Assembly: GCF_022846255.1 (NCBI RefSeq)
Contig: NZ_AP025682.1
Length of the DNA: 64,000 nt
Origin: Escherichia coli
GTDB taxonomy: Bacteria > Pseudomonadota > Gammaproteobacteria > Enterobacterales > Enterobacteriaceae
Reading direction: 5' to 3' (one strand)
Position 1 is the stretch's first letter. Each line of letters opens with the position of its first letter. Below are positions 41,984-53,678 of the stretch, piece by piece. Under the pieces are notes generated by a model, which was not told the DNA's origin, made no database searches, and worked only from the letters and a program-made list of their open reading frames with translations. The translations under genes and the position numbers were made by a program.

Positions 41984-44900
41984 TTACTCGGTTACCGCTT
42001 GTTTAGGTTTACGCGAAAAACGCAGCCGCAGACGGTCGAAAAAGAGATACACCACCGGCGTGGTATACAGCGTCAGAAGCTGGCTCATGACCAGACCGCC
42101 GACAATGGTGATCCCCAATGGTTGGCGCAACTCCGAGCCGTCACCGCCCGACAATACCAGCGGTAGCGCACCAAACAGCGCCGCCAGGGTAGTCATCATA
42201 ATCGGGCGAAAACGCAGCAGACAGGCCTGGAAAATAGCTTCCTGCGGCGTCAGGTTACCGTGCCGTTGGGCTTCAAGCGCAAAATCGACCATCATAATGG
42301 CGTTTTTCTTCACGATGCCGATTAATAACATGATCCCTATCAGCGCAATTAGGCTGAACGGGGCATTGAACAGCTCCAGCGCCAACAGCGCTCCGACGCC
42401 CGCCGAGGGTAGGGTGGAGAGAATCGTCAGTGGATGCACATAACTCTCGTAAAGGATACCCAGTACGATATATACCGTGGCGATGGCGGCGATAATCAGG
42501 ATCACCTGTGAGTTCATCGTCTCCTGGAACACTTGCGCTGTTCCGGCAAAACTGCCGCGCACCGTCGAAGGCACACCAAGCTGGGTCATTGCGCGATCGA
42601 TCGCCGCACTGGCGTCCGAGAGCGATTTCCCGGTCGGCAGGTTGAACGAAATGGTCGAGGCCGCCGATAATCCCTGATGATTCACCGACAGTGGAGCGTT
42701 CGCCGGTTGCCATTTAGCGAAATACGACAGCGGGATCGCTTTTCCTTCGTTATTGATAACGAACATTTTTTCCAGTGCACTGATGTCCTGGGTATAGCGC
42801 GGATCCACTTCCATCACCACTTTGTACTGGTTCATCGGCTGGTAAATGGTCGAGATTTGCCGCTGACCGAAGGCGTTATTTAACAGGCTGTTGGCGGCTT
42901 GCACGTCAATTCCCAATCGCGCCATAGTGTCGCGATCGTAAATAAGGTTCATCTCCGCGCCATTATCTTCCTGATCGGAGTTAACATCAGCCAGCTCTGG
43001 CAATGTCGCCAGTTTTTTGCGGATTTTCGGCTCCCATTCGCGCAGTGCCGCCAGGTCGTCGGATAACAACGTGTACTGGTAACTGGCGTTAGCCTGACGT
43101 CCGCCAACGCGAATATCCTGTACCGCCATCAGGAACAGATTCGCTCCCGGTTCTTTCGCCAGTTTTTTACGCAAGCGATCGATAATCTGTTGGGCCGTTT
43201 CGCTCCGCTCGCCGCGTGGTTTAAGGGTGATAAACATCATTCCACTGTTCACCCGTGAACCGCCGGTAAAGCCGGTGACATTATCCACCGCCGGATCGTC
43301 ACGGATAATTTTCATGAAGTCCTGCAACTTACCGCGCATCGCCTGAAACGAAATACTCTGGTCAGCCTGTATCCCGCCCATCAGTACGCCGGTATCCTGC
43401 TCCGGGAAGAAGGTTTTCGGGATCGAGATATACAGCCAGATATTCAGCGCAATGGTGCCAAGCAGCACCACGCCCACCAGACGGGTATGATTGAGCACCC
43501 ATTTCAGCGACTTGCCATAGCCTTGTTGCAGGGCTACCAACATGCGACCAAAGCCACGCAGTCGCTTTTGCTCGCGCGGCTTGCTGGCTTTTAGCATCCA
43601 GCCGCACATCATCGGCGTTAACGTCAGGGAAACCAGCAGCGAAATACCAATGGCGACAGAAAGCGTCACGGCAAACTCGCGTAACAGGCGACCCGGCAAT
43701 CCGCCCATCAACAGCAGCGGCAGGAACACCGCCACCAGTGACAGACTCATCGACAGCACTGTAAAGCCGACTTCACGAGTACCTTGCAGCGCGGCCTGTA
43801 GCGGTTTCATCCCCGCCTCCAGATGACGGGCAATGTTTTCCAGCACCACGATGGCGTCATCCACCACAAAGCCAGTGGCGATGGTGAGCGCCATTAACGA
43901 AAGATTATTGAGACTGAAACCACACAGGTACATCGCCGCAAACGTACCAATCAGCGAAACCGGCACCGCAACGGCGGGAATAATGGTGGCGCGACCCGAA
44001 CGCAGGAACAAAAACACCACCAGAATCACCAGTGCAACTGAGATTACCAGCGTCTGCTCAACCTCTTCCAGCGACGCGCGGATAGTAGGGGAGCGATCCT
44101 GGGCAATTTGCAGATCAATTGCTGCCGGGATGGTGGATTGTAATTCCGGCAGACGGGCGCGGATGCTGTCTACCGTCTGGATAATATTGGCTTCCGGCAG
44201 CTTGCGGATCATCAGCAAAATAGCCGGTTTGGCGTTGGTCATCCCGGCGTTACGTACATCTTGTACAGAGTCGGTCACCGTCGCCACATCGCCCAGACGA
44301 ACCGCGCCGCCGTTGTTGTAATGAATAATCAGCGGCTGATATTCAGCGGCGGTTTTCAGTTCATCGTTAGTCTGGATCTGCCAGCGGTGAGTACCATCTT
44401 CCAGCGCCCCCTGCGGTTTACGCACGTTGGCATTGCTGATGGCGGTGCGTACGTCGTCCAGCGAGACGCCCTGATTAAACAGCGCCTGCGGATTCAGCCC
44501 GACGCGTACGGCGGGCAGCGAGCTGCCGCCAACATCGACATCACCGACACCGTCGATTTGCGAAATCGTCGGAGCCAGCTGTGTCGAGGCGAAATCGTAC
44601 AGTTCACCCTGCGAATAAGTATCGGATGTCAGCGTGAGGATCATAATTGGCGCATCCGACGGGTTCGCTTTGCGATAGGTCGGACGGCTGGGCATCCCGC
44701 TGGGTAGCAGACTTTGCGCGGCGTTGATCGCCGCCTGCACATCGCGCGCTGCGCCGTTGATATCCCGGTCAAAATCAAACTGCAAAATAATGCGCGTGCT
44801 GCCGAGCGAACTGCTGGAGGTCATTTCGCTGACTCCGGCAATGCGCCCAAGTGAGCGCTCCAGCGGCGTGGCAACGGAAGACGCCATTGTTTCTGGTGAC

Positions 44901-45061
44901 GCACCGGGCAGCGAGGCGCTGACCATGATCACCGGAAAATCGACCTGCGGCAGCGGGGCGACTGGCAGCATACGGAAACCCAGTATGCCGCACAGGGTAA
45001 TGGCGACCGACAGTAAAATCGTCGCCACCGGGCGGTAAATGAAGAGGGCAAAAAACTTCAC
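41984..45061 (-). CDS. mdtC: RND multidrug efflux pump subunit MdtC
   Basis: 1025 aa RND permease. Confidence 0.95.
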   Translation of the reverse strand: MKFFALFIYRPVATILLSVAITLCGILGFRMLPVAPLPQVDFPVIMVSASLPGASPETMASSVATPLERSLGRIAGVSEMTSSSSLGSTRIILQFDFDRDINGAARDVQAAINAAQSLLPSGMPSRPTYRKANPSDAPIMILTLTSDTYSQGELYDFASTQLAPTISQIDGVGDVDVGGSSLPAVRVGLNPQALFNQGVSLDDVRTAISNANVRKPQGALEDGTHRWQIQTNDELKTAAEYQPLIIHYNNGGAVRLGDVATVTDSVQDVRNAGMTNAKPAILLMIRKLPEANIIQTVDSIRARLPELQSTIPAAIDLQIAQDRSPTIRASLEEVEQTLVISVALVILVVFLFLRSGRATIIPAVAVPVSLIGTFAAMYLCGFSLNNLSLMALTIATGFVVDDAIVVLENIARHLEAGMKPLQAALQGTREVGFTVLSMSLSLVAVFLPLLLMGGLPGRLLREFAVTLSVAIGISLLVSLTLTPMMCGWMLKASKPREQKRLRGFGRMLVALQQGYGKSLKWVLNHTRLVGVVLLGTIALNIWLYISIPKTFFPEQDTGVLMGGIQADQSISFQAMRGKLQDFMKIIRDDPAVDNVTGFTGGSRVNSGMMFITLKPRGERSETAQQIIDRLRKKLAKEPGANLFLMAVQDIRVGGRQANASYQYTLLSDDLAALREWEPKIRKKLATLPELADVNSDQEDNGAEMNLIYDRDTMARLGIDVQAANSLLNNAFGQRQISTIYQPMNQYKVVMEVDPRYTQDISALEKMFVINNEGKAIPLSYFAKWQPANAPLSVNHQGLSAASTISFNLPTGKSLSDASAAIDRAMTQLGVPSTVRGSFAGTAQVFQETMNSQVILIIAAIATVYIVLGILYESYVHPLTILSTLPSAGVGALLALELFNAPFSLIALIGIMLLIGIVKKNAIMMVDFALEAQRHGNLTPQEAIFQACLLRFRPIMMTTLAALFGALPLVLSGGDGSELRQPLGITIVGGLVMSQLLTLYTTPVVYLFFDRLRLRFSRKPKQAVTE

Positions 45062-48000
45062 TTACGCCTCCTCTTCATGACGGGCAAAGCGGCTTTTGGT
45101 CCACAATGCCAGACGGTCGAACAGCAGATAAATCACCGGCGTGGTAAACAGCGTCAGCACCTGGCTGACAATCAGACCGCCGACCATGCCGATACCTAAC
45201 GGACGACGCAGTTCCGCGCCGACCCCGGTACTCAACATCAGCGGCAGCGCACCAAGCAGAGCCGCCAGAGTGGTCATCAGGATCGGACGAAAACGCAACA
45301 GACAAGCCTGGTAAATAGCTTCGCGCGGCGACATGCCTTGCTCGCGCTCAGCAGCCAGCGCGAAGTCGATCATCATGATGGCGTTCTTCTTCACGATACC
45401 GATCAGCAAAATAATGCCGATAATGGCAATCACATCCAGTTCGCTACCGGCAATCATTAACGCCAGCAGCGCGCCGACCCCTGCGGTGGGTAGCGTCGAG
45501 AGAATGGTGATCGGGTGAATAAAGCTCTCGTACAGAATGCCGAGCACGATATACATCGCCACCACCGCCGCGACAATCAGCCAGACAGTGCTGCCCAGCG
45601 CTGACTGGAAGGCGAGGGTGCTGCCCTGGAACTGCGTGGTGATATCCACCGGCAGATTCAGCGTCTTCTCTGTGTCCATAATCGCTTGCACCGCATCGCC
45701 CAGCGAATAGTTATCCGGCACGTTAAAGGAGATAGTCGTTACCGGGAACTGATCCAGATGGTTGATGGAAAGCGGCGCAAAACGCTGCTCAATTTTGGCA
45801 ATTGAGCTTAACGGCACCACGCCACCGTCGCTGCTGGTCAGGCGAATGGTATCCAGCGCCGCGAGGCCTGGGGTATTTTCGGTGTTGTGTTCCAGTACCA
45901 CGCGATACTGGTTAGCCTGAGTATAAATAGTGGAAATCAGTCGCTGACCAAACGCGTTGTACAGGGCGTTATCGACATCCGCCATGCTGATCCCTAGGCG
46001 GCTGGCGCTGTCCCTGTCGACATTGACATACGCCACCAGCCCTTTGTCCTGCCAGTCGCTGGAGACATCAGAAAGCTGTGGCAGCTGCTGGAGTTTTTCC
46101 ATCAACTGTGGCACCCAGGTACTGAGCGCATCCAGTGACGTGGCCTGCAAGGTAAACTGGTACTGGGTGCGGCTGACCTGAGTATCAATAGTCAGGTCCT
46201 GCGTTGGTTGCAGGAAGAGATCGACGCCCGGCACTTTATCTACCGCCGTTTGCAGACGGGCGATGACTTTTTGCACCCGGTCATCTCGTTCATCCAGTGG
46301 TTTGAGATTGATCTGTAAACGCGCACTGTTCAGCGACGGGTTAGTGCCATCAACGCCAACAAATGAGGTCAAACTTTGCACTGCCGGATCCTGCAAAATC
46401 ACGTCCGCGACCTGGCGTTGCCGCTGGGCCATATTCGCAAAGGAGCTGGATTGCGGTGCCTGCAAAGTGCCCTGAATAATGCCGTTGTCCTGCACCGGGA
46501 AGAAACCTTTCGGAATGAACACCCACAGCAGCACGCTAAGCAGCAGCGTGCTGAGCGCCACGCTTAAGGTCAGCCACGGATGATTCAGCACTTTCGCCAG
46601 CCCACGACCATAGGCGGCGATTATCCTGTCGAACATTTTCTCCGAGGCACGGGAGAAGCGGTTCTGTTTACGCAGCGACTCCTGGCTGAGCATCCGCGCG
46701 CACATCATCGGTGTCAGGGTCAGCGACACCACCGCCGAGATCAAAATCGCGACTGCCAGGGTAATAGCAAATTCGCGGAACAGTCGCCCGACGATATCGC
46801 CCATAAACAGCAGGGGGATCAACACCGCAATCAGCGAGAAGGTCAGCGAGATAATGGTAAAGCCGATTTCACCCGCGCCTTTGAGCGCCGCCGCCAACGG
46901 TTTTTCGCCTTTTTCGATATAGCGGGAAATATTTTCGATCACCACGATGGCGTCATCGACCACGAATCCGGTGGCGATAGTTAACGCCATCAGCGTCAGG
47001 TTATTGATTGAAAAATCGAGAAACACCATGACCGCAAAGGTGCCAATTAACGACAGCGGTACAGCAACACCGGGAATGATGGTCGCCGGAATATTGCGCA
47101 AAAACAGGTAGATAATCATGACTACCAGCGCGATAGCCATCATCAGCTCAAACTGGGTATCGTCGACCGATGCGCGGATATTGGTGGTACGGTCAGAAAG
47201 TACCGTCACCTTCACCGATTTCGGCAGACTCTCGGTGAGCTGTGGTAGCATCTGCCGGATGCTGTCGGCGGTGGAGATAATGTTAGCACCGGGCTGGCGC
47301 TGGACATTCATCACAATGGCCTGTTCTTTGTTCGCCCATGCGCCGAGCCAGCTGTTTTCTGCTCCTTGCTCTACAGTAGCGACATCGCCCAGACGAATTG
47401 GTGCGCCGTTCTGGTAGGCGATGATTAGCTGGCGATACTCTTCGGCGGATTGCATCTGGTCGTTAGCGGAAAGCGTGACCGCGCGGGAAGGGCCGTCGAG
47501 GCTACCTTTTGCCGAGTTAACGTTAGCGCCGGTAATAGCGGTGCGTACGGTTTCGCTGGTCAGGCCGAGGGCGGCAATCGCCTGAGCGTTAAGTTTGACG
47601 CGAACAGCCGGACGCTGGCCGCCGGAAAGTGTGACCAGCCCTACGCCGGAAATCTGCGAGATTTTCTGCGCGACGCGGGTTTCCACCATATCTTCCACCT
47701 GGGTCATCGGCATGGCGGTTGAGGTGACGGCGAGCGTCATGATCGGTGGATCTGCCGGGTTCACTTTGCTGTAAACCGGCGGGTTAGGCAGATCGCTCGG
47801 TAGCAGGTTAGTGGCAGCGTTAATCGCGGCCTGCACTTCCTGCTCGGCGACATCCAGCGGCAATGTTAGCTGGAACTGTAAAGTGATAACTGACGCACCG
47901 CCGGAACTTTGCGACGACATCTGTTTCAGGCCAGACATCTGCCCGAACTGGCGTTCGAGCGGCGCGGTAACGGCAGAGGTCATGACATCCGGGCTTGCAC

Positions 48001-48184
48001 CTGGATAAAGCGTGACCACCTGAATGGTTGGATAGTCCACTTCCGGCAGCGCCGAAACGGGCAGGGCGCGATAACCGATAATCCCGGCGAGTAAGATCGC
48101 CACCATCAGCAGCGTGGTGGCGACAGGACGCATAATAAACAGGCGCGACGGGCCGCCTGTGCTGCTCGGGGGTAACACCTGCAT
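45062..48184 (-). CDS. mdtB: RND multidrug efflux pump subunit MdtB
   Basis: 1040 aa RND permease, paralog of MdtC. Confidence 0.95.
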   Translation of the reverse strand: MQVLPPSSTGGPSRLFIMRPVATTLLMVAILLAGIIGYRALPVSALPEVDYPTIQVVTLYPGASPDVMTSAVTAPLERQFGQMSGLKQMSSQSSGGASVITLQFQLTLPLDVAEQEVQAAINAATNLLPSDLPNPPVYSKVNPADPPIMTLAVTSTAMPMTQVEDMVETRVAQKISQISGVGLVTLSGGQRPAVRVKLNAQAIAALGLTSETVRTAITGANVNSAKGSLDGPSRAVTLSANDQMQSAEEYRQLIIAYQNGAPIRLGDVATVEQGAENSWLGAWANKEQAIVMNVQRQPGANIISTADSIRQMLPQLTESLPKSVKVTVLSDRTTNIRASVDDTQFELMMAIALVVMIIYLFLRNIPATIIPGVAVPLSLIGTFAVMVFLDFSINNLTLMALTIATGFVVDDAIVVIENISRYIEKGEKPLAAALKGAGEIGFTIISLTFSLIAVLIPLLFMGDIVGRLFREFAITLAVAILISAVVSLTLTPMMCARMLSQESLRKQNRFSRASEKMFDRIIAAYGRGLAKVLNHPWLTLSVALSTLLLSVLLWVFIPKGFFPVQDNGIIQGTLQAPQSSSFANMAQRQRQVADVILQDPAVQSLTSFVGVDGTNPSLNSARLQINLKPLDERDDRVQKVIARLQTAVDKVPGVDLFLQPTQDLTIDTQVSRTQYQFTLQATSLDALSTWVPQLMEKLQQLPQLSDVSSDWQDKGLVAYVNVDRDSASRLGISMADVDNALYNAFGQRLISTIYTQANQYRVVLEHNTENTPGLAALDTIRLTSSDGGVVPLSSIAKIEQRFAPLSINHLDQFPVTTISFNVPDNYSLGDAVQAIMDTEKTLNLPVDITTQFQGSTLAFQSALGSTVWLIVAAVVAMYIVLGILYESFIHPITILSTLPTAGVGALLALMIAGSELDVIAIIGIILLIGIVKKNAIMMIDFALAAEREQGMSPREAIYQACLLRFRPILMTTLAALLGALPLMLSTGVGAELRRPLGIGMVGGLIVSQVLTLFTTPVIYLLFDRLALWTKSRFARHEEEA

Positions 48185-49431
48185 CAGGAGCGCGCTCCTT
48201 TTTTCGCGTATTCGCGGCTGGTGGCTTTATCTTCCGGGGTAGTGGCGCTCTGGGCTTCCACGACTTCCACTTTCGCCCCTTCGGTCAGGCGATCAATGCC
48301 GTCCGTCACTACGCGGTCGCCCGCAGAAATACCTGCACGGATCACCACTTTCTGACTGTCCTGAATGCCCGGTGTCACCAGATGTTTGCTGACTTTGTTT
48401 TCGCTATTCAGTACCCAGACAAAATGGCCTTCGTTGCCCATTTGCAGTGCGGCGGTGGGGATCACCACGGCGTTTTGTTCGGTATCGACTAACATGCGAG
48501 CGTTAACAAACTGATTAGGGAAAAGCGCATCATCCTGATTATTAAAGCGAGCTTTCACTTTAATCGTACCGGTAGTGGCATCGATTTGGTTATCGAGACT
48601 TAACAGCGTGCCTTCACTTAACTTCTTCGAGTTGGTGCGATCCCAGGCTTCTACCACCAGCGGTTTTCCGGCTTTTTGCGCCTGTACAACGGTGGCGATA
48701 TCGCTTTCCGGCAGAGTAAAGACCAGATCGATAGGATGCGTCTGGGTGATCACCACAATCCCGGTGGTGTCGCCACTGGAGATTTGGTTACCAACATCAA
48801 CCTGCTTGAGACCAACGCGACCATCAACTGGTGCGGTGATACGGCTCCAGTCGAGTTGCAGCTGTGCGCTGGCGACGCTTGCTTCATCAGCCTTAATGGT
48901 ACCTTCGGTTTCACTGACCAGCGCTTGTTGGGCATCCAGTTCCTGACGAGATACGAGATTGGTTTTTGCCAGTTGTTGATAACGCGCCAGGTCACGGCGG
49001 GCGTTGGCGAGCGTGGCTTTATCTTTTGCCAGTTGGCCCTGGGCTTGTGCTAATGCAACTTTGAACTGGCTTGGGTCAATTTCTGCCAGTAAATCGCCTG
49101 CTTTGACCTGCTGGCCTTCCTGGAAATGTAACGCCATCAGTTGACCGTCCACGCGGCTGCGCACCGTAACAGTATTAGCGGCGGTAATGGTGCCAAGCCC
49201 GGTGAGGTAACGCGGAACAGCCTGTTCTACTGCGGTCGCCGCCTGAACCGGAGCTAATGGGCCGGCACGCATACCACGGCGACCACCCGCTGGCGATTGC
49301 TGCGCTTGTTTCGTCGCCCCAGGGGCTGCACTCTGGGAGTCATTGCGGCCTTGCCAGAACCAGAATGCGGCGATGGCGGCGATAACCACCACGATTACGA
49401 TTACCCAACGGGATTTATAACTGCCTTTCAT
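48184..49431 (-). CDS. mdtA: RND membrane fusion protein MdtA
   Basis: 415 aa from [26 protein letters not shown]; the 464-aa track ORF is an upstream extension. Confidence 0.9.
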   Translation of the reverse strand: MKGSYKSRWVIVIVVVIAAIAAFWFWQGRNDSQSAAPGATKQAQQSPAGGRRGMRAGPLAPVQAATAVEQAVPRYLTGLGTITAANTVTVRSRVDGQLMALHFQEGQQVKAGDLLAEIDPSQFKVALAQAQGQLAKDKATLANARRDLARYQQLAKTNLVSRQELDAQQALVSETEGTIKADEASVASAQLQLDWSRITAPVDGRVGLKQVDVGNQISSGDTTGIVVITQTHPIDLVFTLPESDIATVVQAQKAGKPLVVEAWDRTNSKKLSEGTLLSLDNQIDATTGTIKVKARFNNQDDALFPNQFVNARMLVDTEQNAVVIPTAALQMGNEGHFVWVLNSENKVSKHLVTPGIQDSQKVVIRAGISAGDRVVTDGIDRLTEGAKVEVVEAQSATTPEDKATSREYAKKGARS

Positions 49432-49475
49432 CGTTAAGAGTTTCTCTTCCTGAAACGTTTCGCGGAATGATACTA

Positions 49476-49493
49476 GTGTAGCCAGCCAATAAG
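49476..49493 (-). promoter_or_regulatory. candidate BaeR box upstream of mdtA
   Basis: Minus strand reads TTTTTCTCCCTTATTGGC, 17/18 match to the published BaeR consensus TTTTTCTCCATDATTGGC (recalled from memory). Confidence 0.4.
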
Positions 49494-49663
49494 GGAGAAA
49501 AATGGAGGAATTATGAAACACTGTCGGGAATCGTCTGAATGACGGGCACATTTGCGAGCACGCATCCAGTAATAACACATGAAACTATTTTATCTACGCG
49601 TTAGCGATAGACTGCTTGCATGGCGAAAGGAGATAAGCCGACGATTTCAGCGGGACGCTGAAA

Positions 49664-49805
49664 CGGAAAAGCCCCTCCCGAGGAAGGGGCCTTAAATAAG
49701 GAAAGGGTCATGATGAAGTGGATCATCATCGTGGTGCTCTTAGTGATTAGCTACCCAGCATACTAAGACTACCAGGGCGGGGGAAACCCCGCTCTACCCT
49801 CACTC
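49664..49805 (-). ncRNA. Sib-family antisense sRNA (antitoxin RNA); boundaries approximate
   Basis: Antisense to the ibs ORF; minus-strand terminator hairpin CCCCTTCC-TC-GGGAGGGG followed by CTTTTCC at about 49664-49690. The 5' end is estimated from the usual Sib length of about 140 nt. Confidence 0.45.
49710..49766 (+). CDS. Ibs-family type I toxin, 18 aa (MMKWIIIVVLLVISYPAY)
   Basis: Short hydrophobic ORF with SD AAGGAAAGGG; Ibs family signature MMK...LLVIS..AY. A or B assignment not attempted. Confidence 0.7.
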   Translation: MMKWIIIVVLLVISYPAY

Positions 49806-49991
49806 CTGAAAGTATGCCTTCACGGTCCAATTGTCAATCCGCAGACTTTGCAGTCTGCGATCCTGCCAGCAAATATTCTTTGCGAGTCGTTACGCAATAA
49901 TCACACTTGAAACTATTTTATCCGCAAGTCAGCGATAGACTGCATACAGGGCGAAAGGAGGTAAGCCGAAGATTTCAGCGGGACGCTGAAA

Positions 49992-50133
49992 CGGGAAAGC
50001 CCCTCCCGAGGAAGGGGCCTTAAATAAGGAAAGGGTCATGATGAAGCTACTCATCATCGTGGTGCTCTTAGTCATTAGCTGGCCAGCTTACTAAGACTAC
50101 CAGGGCGGGGGAAACCCCGCTCTACCCTCACTC
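49992..50133 (-). ncRNA. Sib-family antisense sRNA, second copy; boundaries approximate
   Basis: Same hairpin and terminator, offset by about 328 bp from copy 1. Confidence 0.45.
50038..50094 (+). CDS. Ibs-family type I toxin, 18 aa (MMKLLIIVVLLVISWPAY)
   Basis: Second copy within repeat unit 2; same SD and context. Confidence 0.7.
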   Translation: MMKLLIIVVLLVISWPAY

Positions 50134-50311
50134 CTGAAATTATGTCACTCCGCCCTTAGTGTCAATCGACGGCTCTCCGTTCTTGCGAGGCGAATAGCAA
50201 AATTTTCTGCGCCGCCGGGCCTAATTCTGAAAGTTTCTTCGTTTGCTCTTATTTCATTATTGCAATCGGTATGATACCGGACCTCAATAATTCTCTAAGA
50301 AAGGATTTCTT

Positions 50312-50971
50312 ATGAGCGAACAAATCACGTTTGCCACCAGCGATTTTGCCAGTAACCCGGAACCACGTTGCCCCTGCATTTTGCTGCTGGATGTTTCTGG
50401 CTCGATGAGCGGCAGACCCATTAATGAACTTAACGCCGGATTGGTTACCTTTCGCGATGAGCTGCTTGCCGACCCGCTGGCCTTAAAAAGAGTGGAACTC
50501 GGTATTGTGACGTTCGGCCCAGTGCATGTGGAACAACCCTTTACCAGCGCCGCTAATTTTTTCCCGCCCATCCTGTTTGCCCATGGGGATACACCAATGG
50601 GCGCCGCCATTACCAAAGCCCTGAATATGGTTGAGGAGCGCAAACGTGAGTATCGCGCCAATGGTATTTCCTATTATCGTCCGTGGATTTTCCTGATTAC
50701 CGATGGCGCACCAACCGATGAGTGGCAGGCTGCTGCCAACAAGGTGTTTCAGGGGGAAGAAGATAAGAAGTTTGCCTTCTTTTCCATCGGTGTTCAGGGG
50801 GCGGATATGAAGACGCTGGCCCAAATCAGCGTTCGTCAGCCTTTGCCATTGCAGGGATTACAATTCCGTGAACTGTTTAGCTGGTTATCCAGTTCGCTGC
50901 GTTCGGTTTCCCGCTCCACGCCGGGAACGGAAGTTGTGCTGGAAGCGCCAAAAGGCTGGACGTCAGTGTGA
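50312..50971 (+). CDS. yegL: vWA-domain protein YegL (TerY-like)
   Basis: 219 aa; MIDAS motif DVSGSMSG and downstream ITDGAPTD; 4-bp overlap with the next gene. Confidence 0.9.
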   Translation: MSEQITFATSDFASNPEPRCPCILLLDVSGSMSGRPINELNAGLVTFRDELLADPLALKRVELGIVTFGPVHVEQPFTSAANFFPPILFAHGDTPMGAAITKALNMVEERKREYRANGISYYRPWIFLITDGAPTDEWQAAANKVFQGEEDKKFAFFSIGVQGADMKTLAQISVRQPLPLQGLQFRELFSWLSSSLRSVSRSTPGTEVVLEAPKGWTSV

Positions 50972-51729
50972 GCTGGCGTCTGGTCTATGCATCAACCGTT
51001 GGAACGTCGCACATCAGCGCGGACTTGCCTTGCCAGGATGCCTGCCAGATGCAGGTTGCCTGGTTAAATGACCAGCAGCCATTATTGTCGGTATTTGTCG
51101 CTGATGGCGCAGGCAGTGTCTCGCAGGGTGGCGAAGGTGCGATGCTCGCCGTCAATGAAGCGATGGCTTATATGTCGCAAAAAGTGCAGGGCGGGGAATT
51201 GGGGCTTAATGATGTCCTCGCAACGGACATTGTGCTGACCATTCGTCAGCGACTTTTTGCCGAGGCGGAAGCCAAAGAATTAGCGGTTCGCGATTTTGCC
51301 TGCACGTTTTTGGGATTGATTTCATCAGCTAATGGCACCTTGATTATGCAGATTGGCGATGGCGGCGTGGTGGTAGATTTGGGTCACGGTTTGCAACTGC
51401 CGCTCACGCCGATGGTGGGGGAATATGCCAATATGACGCACTTCATTACCGATGACGATGCTGTTTCCAGACTGGAAACTTACACCAGTACTGAGCGTGC
51501 GCATAAAGTTGCAGCATTTACGGATGGTATTCAGCGACTGGCGTTAAATATGCTGGATAATTCTCCGCATGTGCCTTTCTTTACCCCGTTTTTCAATGGA
51601 CTGGCGTCAGCAACGCAGGAACAACTCGATTTATTACCTGAATTGTTAAAGCAGTTTTTGTCCAGCCCGACGGTAAACGAGCGTACCGATGATGATAAAA
51701 CGTTGGCACTGGCGCTGTGGTTACCATGA
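50968..51729 (+). CDS. pphC: PP2C-like protein phosphatase PphC (YegK)
   Basis: 253 aa; conserved Asp-rich segments (VADGAGS, QIGDGG, FTDG) of PP2C-like phosphatases; overlaps yegI by 13 bp. Confidence 0.9.
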   Translation: MSWRLVYASTVGTSHISADLPCQDACQMQVAWLNDQQPLLSVFVADGAGSVSQGGEGAMLAVNEAMAYMSQKVQGGELGLNDVLATDIVLTIRQRLFAEAEAKELAVRDFACTFLGLISSANGTLIMQIGDGGVVVDLGHGLQLPLTPMVGEYANMTHFITDDDAVSRLETYTSTERAHKVAAFTDGIQRLALNMLDNSPHVPFFTPFFNGLASATQEQLDLLPELLKQFLSSPTVNERTDDDKTLALALWLP

Positions 51730-53666
51730 AACCCACTTTATATACTGCTACTGGTGAGTGCGTTACGCCTGGCCGTGAACTGGGCAAAGGCGGTGAAGGT
51801 GCGGTTTATGATATCGAGGAGTTTGCCGATAGCGTCGCCAAGATTTATCACACGCCGCCACCCGCCTTAAAACAGGACAAACTTGCCTTTATGGCTGCGA
51901 CAGCTGACGCGCAGTTGTTGAATTATGTCGCCTGGCCGCAGGCAACGCTTCACGGTGGACGAGGCGGAAAAGTTATCGGTTTTATGATGCCAAAAGTTTC
52001 TGGTAAAGAACCGATTCATATGATCTATAGCCCGGCACATCGTCGCCAGAGTTACCCTCATTGTGCGTGGGATTTTCTACTCTATGTTGCGCGCAATATT
52101 GCTTCATCTTTTGCTACTGTTCATGAGCACGGGCACGTCGTGGGTGACGTAAACCAGAACAGCTTTATGGTAGGTCGCGACAGCAAAGTGGTGTTGATTG
52201 ATAGCGACTCCTTTCAGATTAATGCCAATGGTACACTGCATTTATGCGAAGTCGGCGTGTCGCATTTTACGCCGCCAGAGCTGCAAACCATGCCATCATT
52301 TGTCGGCTTTGAACGCACAGAAAATCACGATAATTTTGGCCTTGCGTTGCTGATATTTCACATCTTGTTTGGTGGGCGGCATCCTTATTCCGGTGTACCG
52401 CTTATCTCTGATGCGGGTAATGCGCTGGAGACGGATATTGCCCATTTCCGTTATGCCTACGCGTCAGATAATCAGCGACGTGGTTTAAAACCGCCGCCAC
52501 GATCGATTCCGCTGTCGATGTTACCGGGCGATGTTGAAGCCATGTTTCAGCAGGCATTCACGGAAAGTGGCGTGGCAACCGGGCGTCCGACGGCAAAAGC
52601 GTGGGTAGCGGCACTTGATTTACTACGCCAACAGTTAAAGAAATGTACCGTTTCGGCAATGCATGTTTACCCCGCTCATTTGACTGACTGCCCGTGGTGT
52701 GCGCTGGATAATCAAGGCGTTATCTATTTTATTGATCTCGGCGAAGAGGTCATTACCACCGGCGGTGATTTTGTGCTGGCGAGAGTCTGGGCGATGGTGA
52801 TGGCGTCAGTAGCACCGCCAGCATTGCAATTACCATTACCCGATCATTTCCAACCGACTGGCAGGCCGCTTCCTTTAGGCCTGTTAAGGCGTGAATACAT
52901 CATTCTGATTGAGATCGCACTGTCAGCGTTATCGCTGCTGCTTTGCGGCCTTCAGACAGAACCACGTTATATTATTTTGGTTCCTGTGCTGTCGGCTATC
53001 TGGATTATTGGCAGCCTGACAAGCAAAGCGTACAAAGCAGAAATCCAGCAACGCCGTGAGGCGTTTAATCGTGCGAAAATGGACTATGACCATTTAGTCA
53101 GCCAGATCCAACAGTTGGGCGGGCTGGAAGGTTTTATCGCCAAACGGACGATGCTCGAAAAAATGAAGGACGAAATTCTTGGGTTACCGGAAGAAGAAAA
53201 GCGCGATCTGGCAGCACTTCAGGACACCGCAAGGGAACGGCAGAAGCAGAAGTTTCTGGAGGGATTTTTTATTGATGTTGCCTCTATTCCCGGCGTTGGC
53301 CCTGCGCGTAAAGCGGCGTTACGGTCCTTTGGTATTGAAACAGCAGCGGATGTTACCCGACGGAGCGTTAAGCAAGTGAAAGGTTTTGGTGATCATCTGA
53401 CCCAGGCGGTTATCGACTGGAAAGCGAGCTGTGAACGCCGTTTTTTGTTCAGGCCGAACGAAGCGGTAACGCCTGCAGACAGACAAGCGGTAATGGCAAA
53501 AATGGCCGCCAAACGACATCGGCTGGAATCGGCGCTGACTGTCGGTGCGACAGAGTTGCAGCGATTCCGCCTTCATGCTCCAGCACGGACCATGCCGTTG
53601 ATGGAACCGCTACGTCAGGCGGCAGAAAAACTGGCTCAGGCGCAGGCTGATTTAAGCCGTTGCTGA
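51717..53666 (+). CDS. yegI: atypical membrane-associated Ser/Thr protein kinase YegI
   Basis: 649 aa; Gly-rich loop GKGGEGAVY, Lys in VAKIYH, catalytic-loop-like HVVGDVNQNSF, LIDSDSF; two hydrophobic segments; C-terminal HhH-like IPGVGPARKAALRSFGIETAADV. Confidence 0.9.
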   Translation: MVTMKPTLYTATGECVTPGRELGKGGEGAVYDIEEFADSVAKIYHTPPPALKQDKLAFMAATADAQLLNYVAWPQATLHGGRGGKVIGFMMPKVSGKEPIHMIYSPAHRRQSYPHCAWDFLLYVARNIASSFATVHEHGHVVGDVNQNSFMVGRDSKVVLIDSDSFQINANGTLHLCEVGVSHFTPPELQTMPSFVGFERTENHDNFGLALLIFHILFGGRHPYSGVPLISDAGNALETDIAHFRYAYASDNQRRGLKPPPRSIPLSMLPGDVEAMFQQAFTESGVATGRPTAKAWVAALDLLRQQLKKCTVSAMHVYPAHLTDCPWCALDNQGVIYFIDLGEEVITTGGDFVLARVWAMVMASVAPPALQLPLPDHFQPTGRPLPLGLLRREYIILIEIALSALSLLLCGLQTEPRYIILVPVLSAIWIIGSLTSKAYKAEIQQRREAFNRAKMDYDHLVSQIQQLGGLEGFIAKRTMLEKMKDEILGLPEEEKRDLAALQDTARERQKQKFLEGFFIDVASIPGVGPARKAALRSFGIETAADVTRRSVKQVKGFGDHLTQAVIDWKASCERRFLFRPNEAVTPADRQAVMAKMAAKRHRLESALTVGATELQRFRLHAPARTMPLMEPLRQAAEKLAQAQADLSRC

Positions 53667-53678
53667 GCCAGTTTTCAA

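Larger units (their letters stand above)
49551..50210. repeat. tandem duplication of a unit of about 328 bp, each unit carrying one ibs toxin ORF and its antisense Sib RNA
   Basis: Unit 1 about 49551-49878 and unit 2 about 49879-50210 align by eye over most of their length (e.g. GATTTCAGCGGGACGCTGAAACGG.AAAGCCCCTCCCGAGGAAGGGGCCTTAAATAAGGAAAGGGTCATGATGAAG). Confidence 0.7.

Noticed and set aside
49432-49578. N-terminal extension of mdtA (464-aa ORF)
   Set aside because: The MdtA membrane anchor begins at MKGSYKSRW; the extension would cover the promoter and BaeR box.
49551-50210. Possible CRISPR array suggested by direct repeats
   Set aside because: Only two units of about 328 bp, each containing an ibs ORF and Sib RNA; no short regular repeat-spacer structure and no cas genes.
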